A DNA stretch of 60,203 nt, from positions 1 through 60,203 of the forward strand of contig CALVMU010000005.1 in assembly GCA_944348085.1 (NCBI GenBank), written 5' to 3'. Below the pieces are notes generated by a model. The model did not search any database and was not told the origin of the DNA. It saw nothing but the letters and a program-made list of their open reading frames with translations. A program made the position numbers and the translations under genes. This document shows, one piece after another, positions 10,726 to 20,094 of the stretch. Positions within the stretch are counted from its first letter, which is position 1. The number at the start of each line of letters is the position of its first letter. The stretch comes from an uncultured Clostridia bacterium. GTDB taxonomy: Bacteria > Bacillota > Clostridia > Christensenellales > UBA1242.

Positions 10726-12015
10726 ATGATTGATATAAATTTAATTAGAACAAATCCAGAACTTGTTAAGGAAAACATTAAGAAAAAATTTCAAGATCAT
10801 AAACTTGAATATGTTGATGAAGTCATTAAACTTGACAATCAAATCAGAGCGCTGAAAAAAGAAGGCGATTCTTTGCGAGCTGAGAGAAATGCAAACAGCT
10901 CAAAAATCGGTCTTTTGATGAGAGAGAAAAAGATTGATGAGGCAAATGCTATCAAAGGTGAAGTCGTAAAAATCAATGAAAGACTTGTTCAAATCGAAAG
11001 TGAAGAAGAGGCTTTATCAGCAGAACTTAAAAAATATATGATGTCTATTCCAAACATTATTGCAGACGATGTTCCAATTGGAAAAGATGACAGCGAAAAT
11101 GTTCAAAGATTGACTGTTGGAGAGGCAAAAAAAGTTGATTTTGAAATTCCTTATCATGCTGATATTTTGGAGAGCTTAAACGGACTTGACCTTGACAGCG
11201 CAAGACGAACAAGCGGAAATGGTTTTTATTATTTGACTGGAGACATCGCAAGACTTCACTCAGCAATTCTTTCTTATGCGCGTGATTTTATGATTGACAA
11301 AGGTTTTACCTATTGCATTCCGCCATTTATGATCAGAAGCGATGTTGTAAACGGCGTTATGAGCTTTGAAGAAATGGAAAACATGATGTATAAAATCGAA
11401 GGCGAAGATTTATACTTGATTGGAACAAGTGAGCATTCAATGATTGGCAGATTTAAAGACACAATTTTAAAAGAAGAAAACTTGCCAATTTTGTTGACAT
11501 CTTATTCTCCATGCTTTAGAAAGGAAGTTGGCGCACACGGAATTGAAGAGCGCGGAATTTATCGCGTTCACCAATTTGAAAAACAAGAAATGATTGTGAT
11601 TTGCAAGCCAGAAGATTCTATGGATTGGTATAATAAAATGTGGCAGATCTCATCTGAGTTTTTCAAGAGCTTAGACATTCCTCATGAAGTTATGGAATGT
11701 TGCAGTGGCGACTTAGCAGATCTTAAAGTTAAATCTTGTGACTTAAATGCTTGGAGTCCAAGACAAAATCGCTATTTTGGCGAACTTGGTTCTTGCTCAA
11801 ATCTTTCAGATGCACAAGCAAGGCGTTTAGGCATTCGATTTAAGACTGCTGACGGTATGAAATTTGCTCATACATTAAATAATACAGTTGTTGCGCCACC
11901 AAGAATGCTTATTGCTTTCCTTGAAAACAACATAAATGCTGATGGAAGCGTAAACATTCCACAAGTGCTTAGAAGCTATATGGGCGGAAAAGAAAAAATC
12001 TGTCCGAAAAAATAA
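10726..12015 (+). CDS. serS: Seryl-tRNA synthetase
   Basis: N-terminal coiled coil; GTSE, CFRKEVG, RVHQFEKQE, HTLNNT. Confidence 0.97.
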   Translation: MIDINLIRTNPELVKENIKKKFQDHKLEYVDEVIKLDNQIRALKKEGDSLRAERNANSSKIGLLMREKKIDEANAIKGEVVKINERLVQIESEEEALSAELKKYMMSIPNIIADDVPIGKDDSENVQRLTVGEAKKVDFEIPYHADILESLNGLDLDSARRTSGNGFYYLTGDIARLHSAILSYARDFMIDKGFTYCIPPFMIRSDVVNGVMSFEEMENMMYKIEGEDLYLIGTSEHSMIGRFKDTILKEENLPILLTSYSPCFRKEVGAHGIEERGIYRVHQFEKQEMIVICKPEDSMDWYNKMWQISSEFFKSLDIPHEVMECCSGDLADLKVKSCDLNAWSPRQNRYFGELGSCSNLSDAQARRLGIRFKTADGMKFAHTLNNTVVAPPRMLIAFLENNINADGSVNIPQVLRSYMGGKEKICPKK

Positions 12016-12060
12016 CTTTTATGGCTAATTTGCGCAATTTATAAAGCTTAATTATATATT

Positions 12061-12162
12061 ATCGGAAGTCGAGCCAAGCACAACTTTAGTTGTATTTGAG
12101 CGAGACTGATGGTCATACATACTATGTGATGGCGTGCAAAGCAGGCAAATTCAACAGAATTT
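12061..12162 (+). ncRNA. Putative structured small RNA or REP-like repeat (family not recognised)
   Basis: GC-richer island in AT-rich DNA; long hairpin 12061-12110 with tandem GA pairs, further hairpins at 12112-12133 and 12147-12162; TTGCGC-17-TATATA upstream. Confidence 0.4.
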
Positions 12163-12312
12163 ATTAAAATTTTATGCTAATAAAATTTTAACATCACATA
12201 GTTTATATTATTTATAATATTATTTATAAATGAATTATATAGATAAAAACCACAAAAAAATGAAAGATGAAGCGAAAAAACACAAAAAATTTTATCTCTA
12301 AAAGGTTGATTT

Positions 12313-13266
12313 ATGGCAAATATAAAGATTGATAAAGCTTTGATTGAAAGCATTGCTAAAAAAAATAATGAGGAATTTTTTGAAAAAGTCAATGAGAAAA
12401 TTTCTGTGATTTTAGTCAGCGCTATAGAAAGACTTGGCAAACAAATTCCTTATATCAGCCTTGAAAATGTCACGCTTCAGCCTTTTAATGAAATTTTGTC
12501 AGGCGCTGTGACAGACAATTCAACATTTCATTATCTTTTAGGCATTGAAAATGGTCAACTTGAGCTTAACACTTTCAAAACAAATATGTTTTGGCGTAAT
12601 TTTAAAAAGCGTTTGAAATATGCATGGGACAACAGACGCAAACATAAACAAAAGAAAAAGAAGAAGAATGATGAAAAAGCGCTTGAGATAGATTTTGATG
12701 CTAGCAAATATAATATTTTTAACTTGACAGACGATTTATTTGAAAATATAAGACAATATCTTTCGCCAACATCAATTATATCGCAGAATGACAATGTTTT
12801 GTATATCGTTGGCAAAGATGACTTTGGTGGAAACAGCAAAATCCGCATCGATATTTGCTTTTGTGACGCTGACAATTTTAAACTATTTACAGGCAGCAAG
12901 AAAGACCTTCCTAAATACAATTTTACTTGCAGGGTAAATTGTTTGAAACAAAAGATACGCGAGGCTGGTCCAAATTTTGTTAAAATGTTAAAAATCTTCA
13001 ATGTTCTTTATTTTTACGCAAATTATGAGCAACCAAATGCGATGTTTTTAGAAAGCGTTTTATACAATATTCCAGATAAGTTATATGAAGAGAACAATAT
13101 TTATAGTGTGTTTTTAAAAATAGTAAATTATCTGACGCTTAAACCAATAAACAATTTCAATTCAATCAATGATTTGGGTTTGAAAATCTATGAAGACAAG
13201 ATGCTTGGTAGCGATCAACAGGTAGGATTTTTGAAAATGCTGAGGATGATTTCAAATCAAAAATAA
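12313..13266 (+). CDS. Hypothetical protein with a CD-NTase/Pol-beta nucleotidyltransferase-like fold and degenerate catalytic motifs
   Basis: C-terminal KQKIREAGPNFVKMLKIF...PNAMFLESVLYNIP...IVNYL resembles the CdnE-type helical lobe; N-terminal LQPFNE...NSTFHY replaces hQGSY...SDxD. Confidence 0.55.
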   Translation: MANIKIDKALIESIAKKNNEEFFEKVNEKISVILVSAIERLGKQIPYISLENVTLQPFNEILSGAVTDNSTFHYLLGIENGQLELNTFKTNMFWRNFKKRLKYAWDNRRKHKQKKKKKNDEKALEIDFDASKYNIFNLTDDLFENIRQYLSPTSIISQNDNVLYIVGKDDFGGNSKIRIDICFCDADNFKLFTGSKKDLPKYNFTCRVNCLKQKIREAGPNFVKMLKIFNVLYFYANYEQPNAMFLESVLYNIPDKLYEENNIYSVFLKIVNYLTLKPINNFNSINDLGLKIYEDKMLGSDQQVGFLKMLRMISNQK

Positions 13267-13296
13267 AAAATTGCAGAGATTTTCTGCAATTTTTTT
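13265..13296 (+). terminator. Intrinsic terminator
   Basis: AAAAAATTGCAGA-GATTT-TCTGCAATTTTTTT. Confidence 0.8.
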
Positions 13297-13544
13297 ATAT
13301 GAGCATTTGTTCAAATTTGAAAATAAAAATGGATTTGAAAAATAAAATTTTGAACAAACAAAACAGATTTGAAAATAAAACCAGACATAAATATATGCAT
13401 AAAGTTGCAAACGAAAACCAAAAGAAAATCAGAATAAAACAAATCAAAATAAAGGCAAATATAATAAAAATGCATTTTATAAGCGATTTTGCATAATTAT
13501 AAAAAAATAACATAATAGTCCAAATTAATGGCTATTATGTGCTT

Positions 13545-13578
13545 ATCTATGCGTAAAAGTTGTGTTTTACGCATAGAT
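13545..13578. other. Candidate dif (chromosome dimer resolution) site for a single Xer recombinase
   Basis: Perfect ATCTATGCGTAAAA-GTTGTG-TTTTACGCATAGAT between convergent genes, at the gene-orientation switch, 3 kb from xer. Confidence 0.65.
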
Positions 13579-13840
13579 TATGCATGTGTTGACATCAAAA
13601 ATTTTTCGCCCCTTTTCCTAAAAATCAAACAAAAATTAGCAAATTTTTCAAAAGTCTGCTCTATTTTGTTATTGCTCAAAAGTGAGTTTCAATTGATTTG
13701 TATTTATTTTATCTATCAATTCCATTTATTCCTTATAAACAAGCTCTTTAAGATATGCGTTTTTATGAATATGCAATCCCCTAGCCCCTATCAAAAAATA
13801 AAATCCCCTCTTTTTGACTGAGTAACTGTTGTAGAGTATG

Positions 13841-14431
13841 TTATTTCAAATCTTTTTGTTTAAGTAAAAAACTATAATCATTCAATTGTTTTTTCAAAAT
13901 TTTGTAGTCTGGACAAAATTTTCTGACCAAATTCCAAAATTTTGGTGAGTGATTCATCTCTTTGCTGTGACAAAGTTCATGAATTATAATATATCTTGTC
14001 AGATTTTCTGGTAAAATGACGCATTTGTAGTTGAGCGAAAGCTCTTTTTTGTTTGAGAAAGTCCCCCACACTCTTTTAGAAGTGATAATTCTATAGCTTT
14101 TAAATTCTATATTTATTGCTTTTGAGATGATTTGTGCAAGTTGAAGCAATACCTTCTCTGCCCTATTTTTATAAGAAAAGTTTGGCTCTTTGTCAAAAGC
14201 TTGCCCAAGAATATAGTTATAGCGTTCAAAATCAAACTGTTTGCTGAAAAGGTTTTTCCTTTCATTTTCGTTTATTTGTTTTTTAATCCAAGAAGTTTTG
14301 TCTTTGATAAAACGCTCAATGTCCTCTGTTTTCATTTTAAGCGGTGCGCGGACTTCAATTTTGCCTGCCTCGTTCACTCTCAACGAAATGCTTTTTCTTT
14401 TGCTTCTGATTATTGTCACGCTCAGTTTCAT
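13841..14431 (-). CDS. YgjP-like/M48-type zinc metalloprotein (DUF45)
   Basis: RSKRKSISLRV N-terminus; WG; YIIIHELCH; NHSPKFW. Confidence 0.85.
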   Translation of the reverse strand: MKLSVTIIRSKRKSISLRVNEAGKIEVRAPLKMKTEDIERFIKDKTSWIKKQINENERKNLFSKQFDFERYNYILGQAFDKEPNFSYKNRAEKVLLQLAQIISKAINIEFKSYRIITSKRVWGTFSNKKELSLNYKCVILPENLTRYIIIHELCHSKEMNHSPKFWNLVRKFCPDYKILKKQLNDYSFLLKQKDLK

Positions 14432-14571
14432 ACATCAATCCTTTGACTTTATTATAGCAGATTTTTTATCTTTTTCAAAGAAATTTTTGCATACTAGTAT
14501 GCCATATGCGCATAATACCACAAAATATTGTATATAGTCTAAATATTTTTTTGCATAATAGCACAAATTTA

Positions 14572-14600
14572 TTGACTTAAAATGAAAAAATTTATATAAT
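14572..14600 (+). promoter_or_regulatory. sigmaA promoter of the PadR-like gene, abutting GCATAATA motif copies
   Basis: TTGACT-17-TATAAT; AGAGGTG RBS. Confidence 0.7.
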
Positions 14601-14620
14601 CATTCTATAAGAGGTGCTTT

Positions 14621-16498
14621 ATGGAAATTTTTGCAAAAGGTCAACTTTCTTACATGATTTTAAATTGCCTTTTAGAGCGTGATTTTTATGGCTTAGATTT
14701 TATAAGCGAAATCAACAAAAAAAGCAATGGTCGCATTATGCTTAAGAAGCCAAGTGTTTATTCCAACCTTACCAGAATGGAAAAACAAAAATATGTTTCT
14801 TCTTATACTCAGTCAAGTGAGTTGGGGCCAAATAGGCGCTACTATTCGATTACAGAAAAAGGCAAAGCTTATTATCAAGAGCTGAAAGCGCATTTTGAAG
14901 CAAACAACATTGATGTGTTCAGAGATTTTCAAGCTGATGGTTACAGCGTTGAAACTCCTTCTTTCAATTTTGATGAGCAAAATTTTGTTTCTGCTCAACA
15001 GTCTTCTTCAAATGAAGAAGCTAAAAACAATGCTTACATAGAAAACGAGGAAAGCGAAAACGAAGATGAAAGCGATTTCTTTGATTTTTCATCGCTTGAC
15101 TCCCCTCAACCTCAAGTTCAAGAAGTTTCTGAAAATCAATCAGTGCAATCTTCAGCAACGGTTTCTGAAAACTATAACGAATCTTATAATGAAACTTATC
15201 AAAACAAAATCACAAATGAAACTATTTATCAAACAAATGAGAGTTTTGTTGAAAAACAAGTTGAAAAACAAGAAGAAAAGTCTATAGCGTCAGAAGAAAT
15301 TTCGAGTGAACCAACAGAAATGTCAAAACCTGAGCCTCAAACCGTTGAAACAATTGAAGCTGAAGAACCAGTTAAAGTCAAAGATGACGGTGCTTTCTTG
15401 AGTCGAGAGCAAGTGAACAGCTATAATCAACATCTTTACGATATTTCAAAAGACATAAGAAAATATAAAAAGCAACGCAGTTTTGCTGAAGACCAGATTG
15501 CAATGACAGTTACAACTCCCCTGCAAGAATCTGAAGAGAGAACTCGCTCGAACCTTGAGGCTTTCAAAAATTCGCTTATGGAAAATCGAAACAAGTTTGC
15601 TGAGAACAGCGAGTTTGAAAGATTTAATGAAAGACAAAACCGCATGTATGGCTCAAGTGATGTGGTAAAACCAGAAGTTGATAATGCGCAAACTCAGCAA
15701 AACAATCTTTCATCAGTGCAAAATTCTTATGTGGCGAAAGGAAGCACTTTCTTTCAAGATAAGCCAGTTGAAAAAGTTGTTACCGATGATGGGCGTTTTA
15801 TCACAAGCAGAATAACTGAAGAAGTTCGTCCTAAAAAAATTCAGCCACCAAGGCTTAAAGTTGTGCAACAAGAGCGTGAGGAAACTCTTCCACCGCCAAA
15901 ACGCGATGTGAAGATTGACCCTTCTCATAAAGAAATTATTTCTCAGCTTTATTCAAAAACAAAAACTGGTCAAGATGAAGAGCTTCGCTCAGACATGCTT
16001 TATGATTACCAAGATCTTTCTGATTTTTATAAAGAGCAAAACATTGAGTTTAATGAATACAAGAAAAATAGCCTTGATGTAAAACACAATACAAACAAGC
16101 TTGCATTCTATCAAAGTTTGATTGTCTTTTTCCTGTTGGCAATTGCTTCAGCTGCAACTTTCCTTATTTTGCATTTCACAAGCAGTTTAAATCCAACGCT
16201 TAATTTTCTTTACATATTGTTGCCTGCCCTTCAACTCATAATGGTTGCCGTAAGATTTTATAACTATAAATATCATACTAGTTGGATTCCAAAACAAATG
16301 GTTTCATTCTGGGCAATACTTGGCTACACTCTTTTAATTATTGGTGCTGTGATTGGTTTGAACTTTATTTTTGGGCTTAACACAACAAACTTTGCTTTAT
16401 ATTCGACAACTTTAATTTTGCCAATTATTTTGATCATCATTGCACTTCCGATTTCCTACTTAATTCAAAAATCGCTTATTGTAAGACATTGGAAATAA
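14621..16498 (+). CDS. PadR-family wHTH protein with a long acidic disordered linker and 4 C-terminal TM helices
   Basis: ILNCL..RDFYG, PSVYSNLTRME, GPNRRYYSITEKG; ~400 aa E/Q/S/N-rich; four hydrophobic segments in the last 130 aa. Confidence 0.8.
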   Translation: MEIFAKGQLSYMILNCLLERDFYGLDFISEINKKSNGRIMLKKPSVYSNLTRMEKQKYVSSYTQSSELGPNRRYYSITEKGKAYYQELKAHFEANNIDVFRDFQADGYSVETPSFNFDEQNFVSAQQSSSNEEAKNNAYIENEESENEDESDFFDFSSLDSPQPQVQEVSENQSVQSSATVSENYNESYNETYQNKITNETIYQTNESFVEKQVEKQEEKSIASEEISSEPTEMSKPEPQTVETIEAEEPVKVKDDGAFLSREQVNSYNQHLYDISKDIRKYKKQRSFAEDQIAMTVTTPLQESEERTRSNLEAFKNSLMENRNKFAENSEFERFNERQNRMYGSSDVVKPEVDNAQTQQNNLSSVQNSYVAKGSTFFQDKPVEKVVTDDGRFITSRITEEVRPKKIQPPRLKVVQQEREETLPPPKRDVKIDPSHKEIISQLYSKTKTGQDEELRSDMLYDYQDLSDFYKEQNIEFNEYKKNSLDVKHNTNKLAFYQSLIVFFLLAIASAATFLILHFTSSLNPTLNFLYILLPALQLIMVAVRFYNYKYHTSWIPKQMVSFWAILGYTLLIIGAVIGLNFIFGLNTTNFALYSTTLILPIILIIIALPISYLIQKSLIVRHWK

Positions 16499-16535
16499 AA
16501 AGAGGCAAGCCTGTCAAATCGGCTTGCTTTTTTTG
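16497..16535 (+). terminator. Intrinsic terminator
   Basis: GGCAAGCC-TGTCAAATC-GGCTTGCT followed by a T-run. Confidence 0.8.
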
Positions 16536-16735
16536 TTTAAAATTTTTGCTTGAGTTTTCAATTGTTAATATTGTTTATTTTGTCTTATTTTTTTCTTGAG
16601 TTTTTGTTTTTAATTTTTGTGCTTCTTAGCAAACTGGCGCAATTTTAATACAACGGCATTTGATATTTTTATCAATTTTTCTTTAAGAAAAAAGTCGAAT
16701 TTCTTTAATTTCATTTTTTGTTTTTCTTGTAACAA

Positions 16736-17974
16736 CTATGCTGTTTGCTCTTCAATTTCTTTCAGCATCCAATCGGCATAAACACCGTAACCTTTGGTTG
16801 GATCTTTGAGAAAAACATGTGTCACTGCTCCGATAATTTTGCCATTTTGCAAAATTGGCGAACCGCTCATGCCCTGCACTATTCCGCCAGTTAGCTCTAA
16901 GAGACGTTTGTCAGTAACCCGAAAAACCATGCTTTTGTCATCTTCTGTTGCCTGATAGCTGGCTTTGATAATTTCAATTTCATACTCTTCGCGAATGCCA
17001 CTGACGCTTGAAATGATGCTGGCTTTGCCAGGTCTAACGCTTAACCTTCCGCCAAGATGAGCGGTTAAATTTGTGTCGATAACATCAGAGCTGTCATCAT
17101 ATTTTCCTACAATGCCAAATTTTGTGTTTTTTGTTATTGTTCCATTTTTTTGCGATTGCGTGAATAGACATTTTAGTTGCCCTGGTTTGTTGACTTGCCC
17201 CTTTTCAATTCCAAGAAGTGAACAATCATAAACACTGCCCTCGCTTAGCGGTATGGTGTTTTCGCCACTTGCATCAGTTACTGGATGGCCTAGGGCTGCA
17301 AAGTTTTGGTCTGATTTGACAAATGTCAGTGTGCCGATTCCTGACAAGTCATCTTTAACCCAAACTCCAAGACGACTGGTATTGTCTTTGCTTTTTATGT
17401 AATTTACTGTCAGCGTTTTAGTTTTGTTGTTCCGCAAAATTTCAATTGTAAGCGGATTTTCGTCGAGACTGTTGTTTAAAAATTCTTCTAAGTCAGCAAC
17501 AGAGGTCAAATCTTTGCCATTAATTTTCAAAATGATGTCTCCGTTTTTTAAAATTTTATTTGACGCAACCTTTCCACTTTCTGGATCAACGATTGTGTTG
17601 CTCACAACGATCGCTCCTTTCGTTGAAACATTGAGACCGATTGGAACGCCACCTATGTAAACATCTTCTTCAGGCAAGATGTCAACTTTCACCTTTTTGA
17701 TAGGAATAAATCCAAACAGTTTAAAAACAACCGTTCCGCTCTTCTCACTTTTTTCGCCTGTCTCCAACTTATCGTTTTCAAACTCAGCAGAATAAAATTT
17801 TCCTAAGCTTTTATCTTTGTTCAAACTTTCAATCTCTTCAATGTTTGTGTAAAAATTGTCAGGAAGCTTGTTTAAAGGCGAAAGCTGAAAACTGCTAAAG
17901 AGCGATGAAATCAAAAAGACAATCAAAAATATGTATGATACAAATATCGTTTTATTTTTCTTTTTCGGTGGCAT
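16736..17974 (-). CDS. spoIVB: SpoIVB peptidase (S55) with PDZ domain
   Basis: GIGTLTF, ALGH, GGIVQGMSGSPI, GAVTHV. Confidence 0.95.
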   Translation of the reverse strand: MPPKKKNKTIFVSYIFLIVFLISSLFSSFQLSPLNKLPDNFYTNIEEIESLNKDKSLGKFYSAEFENDKLETGEKSEKSGTVVFKLFGFIPIKKVKVDILPEEDVYIGGVPIGLNVSTKGAIVVSNTIVDPESGKVASNKILKNGDIILKINGKDLTSVADLEEFLNNSLDENPLTIEILRNNKTKTLTVNYIKSKDNTSRLGVWVKDDLSGIGTLTFVKSDQNFAALGHPVTDASGENTIPLSEGSVYDCSLLGIEKGQVNKPGQLKCLFTQSQKNGTITKNTKFGIVGKYDDSSDVIDTNLTAHLGGRLSVRPGKASIISSVSGIREEYEIEIIKASYQATEDDKSMVFRVTDKRLLELTGGIVQGMSGSPILQNGKIIGAVTHVFLKDPTKGYGVYADWMLKEIEEQTA

Positions 17975-18091
17975 TTTTTCTCCTATAAGTTTGTTGTTAT
18001 CATGATCTCTATCTTTTTGCGAGTTGAAAATGCAAAATAAAAAAGACCAACCTTCAAAGGTTAGTCTATGTAGATTTCGATATTTTATAAG

Positions 18092-19192
18092 TTATTTTTG
18101 AGAATCAAGCGAATCGAAATAATCTTGTAAATTTTCTGAAAGAGCAAGCTTTTCAATTGGAGTTAGTCTTTCACTAGCAAAGTCTCTCAAAAATTTATTT
18201 ATAGCCTCATAAAAGTCATAAGACGCAGAAGAAATCTCATTGTTTTCTTCAGCATTATCACGACTATAATATATATTTGGCTGACCAAGGTAAAGATAGT
18301 TTTTATATTTTTGAGCTAAAGCTTGATATTGTTCTGGCTTTTCATAGTAATACTCTTCCATAACACGACTGTCATTGAAAGCTTCAATAAAATCATCAAT
18401 CGCTTCTTCTCTAGCCTTGATTCCTCGTAATGTGGTTTCAAATTCCTCTGGTGTTTCGTAATCATCAGTGTCGTTGTAATAATGATTAGTTCTTTCAATA
18501 TACGGTTTACATTGCTCAGCGCTATCTCTCAGTGAAATAAATCTTTTCATTTCATCTCCTCCATTTTCTTGTTTTGTTTCTACAGTTTCTTCGCTCTCAG
18601 CGTGAAGTGTTTTGTAATAATTTTCTATACTTGGAAATACATTTTCTTTATCTGAAAGAGCATCTTTATCAGTTAGAGGCTCTTCACTTACTTTTCTTTT
18701 TTCTTCTAATCTTTGCATTTGGGATGCTTTTTTGTCAATGTTTAAGTAAAAATATTGTAACACAGGAGCATTATATAAATTGGAAATATCAAGCTCATCC
18801 AATTTTATATCATTTTCATAAGCAGTCATCAGTAAGTCATGAACACCAACATTTAACTGTTTTAATTTATCCACTAGTGACATTATATATGGATTGTTTT
18901 GGTAGTTTTTGCCATATTGATCAGATAAAGTTTTTAATTTTTTGACAGCGACATAAGTTTGTAAAAGATCATAATATGCTTGCTCTTTTTGTTTTTTATA
19001 ATTTTCAAAAATAGCACTAAAATTTTTATAGTCATAATAAGGATCTTCAAAAATTATTGTATATGGATAATAACGATTTATAAAACCTAAAGCTTTGTTG
19101 TAAGTTTCATTATTTTTAGGTGGATTTGATCTTGTGAAATATGGTTGTAAGTCGCGTATATCATCAAACAAATAAAATCTGTTATTATTCAT
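18092..19192 (-). CDS. Orphan protein with two similar domains and a possible internal start at 18550
   Basis: AT-rich ORF with AGAGGTG RBS and downstream hairpin; RF.L.D....PY..R.N motif repeated. Confidence 0.75.
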   Translation of the reverse strand: MNNNRFYLFDDIRDLQPYFTRSNPPKNNETYNKALGFINRYYPYTIIFEDPYYDYKNFSAIFENYKKQKEQAYYDLLQTYVAVKKLKTLSDQYGKNYQNNPYIMSLVDKLKQLNVGVHDLLMTAYENDIKLDELDISNLYNAPVLQYFYLNIDKKASQMQRLEEKRKVSEEPLTDKDALSDKENVFPSIENYYKTLHAESEETVETKQENGGDEMKRFISLRDSAEQCKPYIERTNHYYNDTDDYETPEEFETTLRGIKAREEAIDDFIEAFNDSRVMEEYYYEKPEQYQALAQKYKNYLYLGQPNIYYSRDNAEENNEISSASYDFYEAINKFLRDFASERLTPIEKLALSENLQDYFDSLDSQK

Positions 19193-19281
19193 ATCATCAC
19201 CTCTTTTGTATTAACTATATTGTATCATAAAAAACTGTTTTTAGCAATAGTAAAAATAAAAAAAAGTAAACTTTTTCAAGT

Positions 19282-20013
19282 TTACTCTTCATCTGGCATG
19301 TTTACATTGTGATAAACCTCTTGAACATCGTCAAGGTCTTCAAGCATATCAATCATGCGGTTGAATTTTGTAAGTTTATCTTCGTCAAGGTCAACATAAG
19401 AGTCTGGCACAAGTCTTGTCTCGGCGCTGATAACTTCGTAACCTTTGGCTTTCATCGCATCAGCAACATTGTTATGTTCATTTTGCTCAGTCACCACTTC
19501 GCAGTAGTCTTCATAGTCAACCACATCAACGGCACCACTCTCAAGTGCGTCCATCATAAGAGTGTCCACATCTTTTCCTTCAAGGCTGATTTCAACAATT
19601 CCTTTGCGGTTGAAAAGATAGCTTACGCAACCTGTCGCGCCAAGAGAACCGCCGAATTTGTCAAAAGCGTGACGAACATCACCGGCTGTTCTGTTTTTGT
19701 TATCAGTCAAGCATTCAACAATAACGGCTGAGCCACCAGTGCCGTAACCTTCGTATGTGCAGCTTTCATAGTTGACTCCAGAAAGCTCTCCGGCAGCTTT
19801 TTTGATGCTTCGCTCAATTGAGTCGTTTGGCATATTGTTTTGCTTTGCTTTGGCAATAACATCGCGAAGTTTTGGGTTTGAAACAGGGTCAGAGCCACCA
19901 GCTTTGACAATCACAGCAATTTCTCTGCCTATTTTTGTAAAGATTTTGCCTCTTTGAGCGTCACTTTTGCCCTTTCTTGCCTGTATGTTGTGCCATTTTG
20001 AATGTCCTGACAT
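19282..20013 (-). CDS. yebC: YebC/PmpR family protein
   Basis: [31 protein letters not shown]. Confidence 0.97.
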   Translation of the reverse strand: MSGHSKWHNIQARKGKSDAQRGKIFTKIGREIAVIVKAGGSDPVSNPKLRDVIAKAKQNNMPNDSIERSIKKAAGELSGVNYESCTYEGYGTGGSAVIVECLTDNKNRTAGDVRHAFDKFGGSLGATGCVSYLFNRKGIVEISLEGKDVDTLMMDALESGAVDVVDYEDYCEVVTEQNEHNNVADAMKAKGYEVISAETRLVPDSYVDLDEDKLTKFNRMIDMLEDLDDVQEVYHNVNMPDEE

Positions 20014-20094
20014 ATTTGTAGTTCTCCTTCTGTTTATATTTTAAATTTTTTGCTTTTTGTTGTCAAATGTATTGAATGATTTATAAAAAACTTA

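Noticed and set aside
12100-12145. Hammerhead ribozyme (CTGATG)
   Set aside because: CTGATGG rather than CTGATGA, and no GAAA after stem II
13295-13821. ORFs 13299..13496, 13295..13513 and 13528..13821
   Set aside because: Low-complexity translations of AT-rich repeats and palindromes, without RBS
9355-14431. Prophage/ICE or defence island anchored on the integrase-like gene
   Set aside because: Neighbours are rny and serS; no att repeats, phage or conjugation genes; better explained as chromosomal Xer at the terminus
12313-14431. CBASS operon
   Set aside because: The NTase-like gene lacks catalytic motifs, ends in a terminator and has no co-oriented effector
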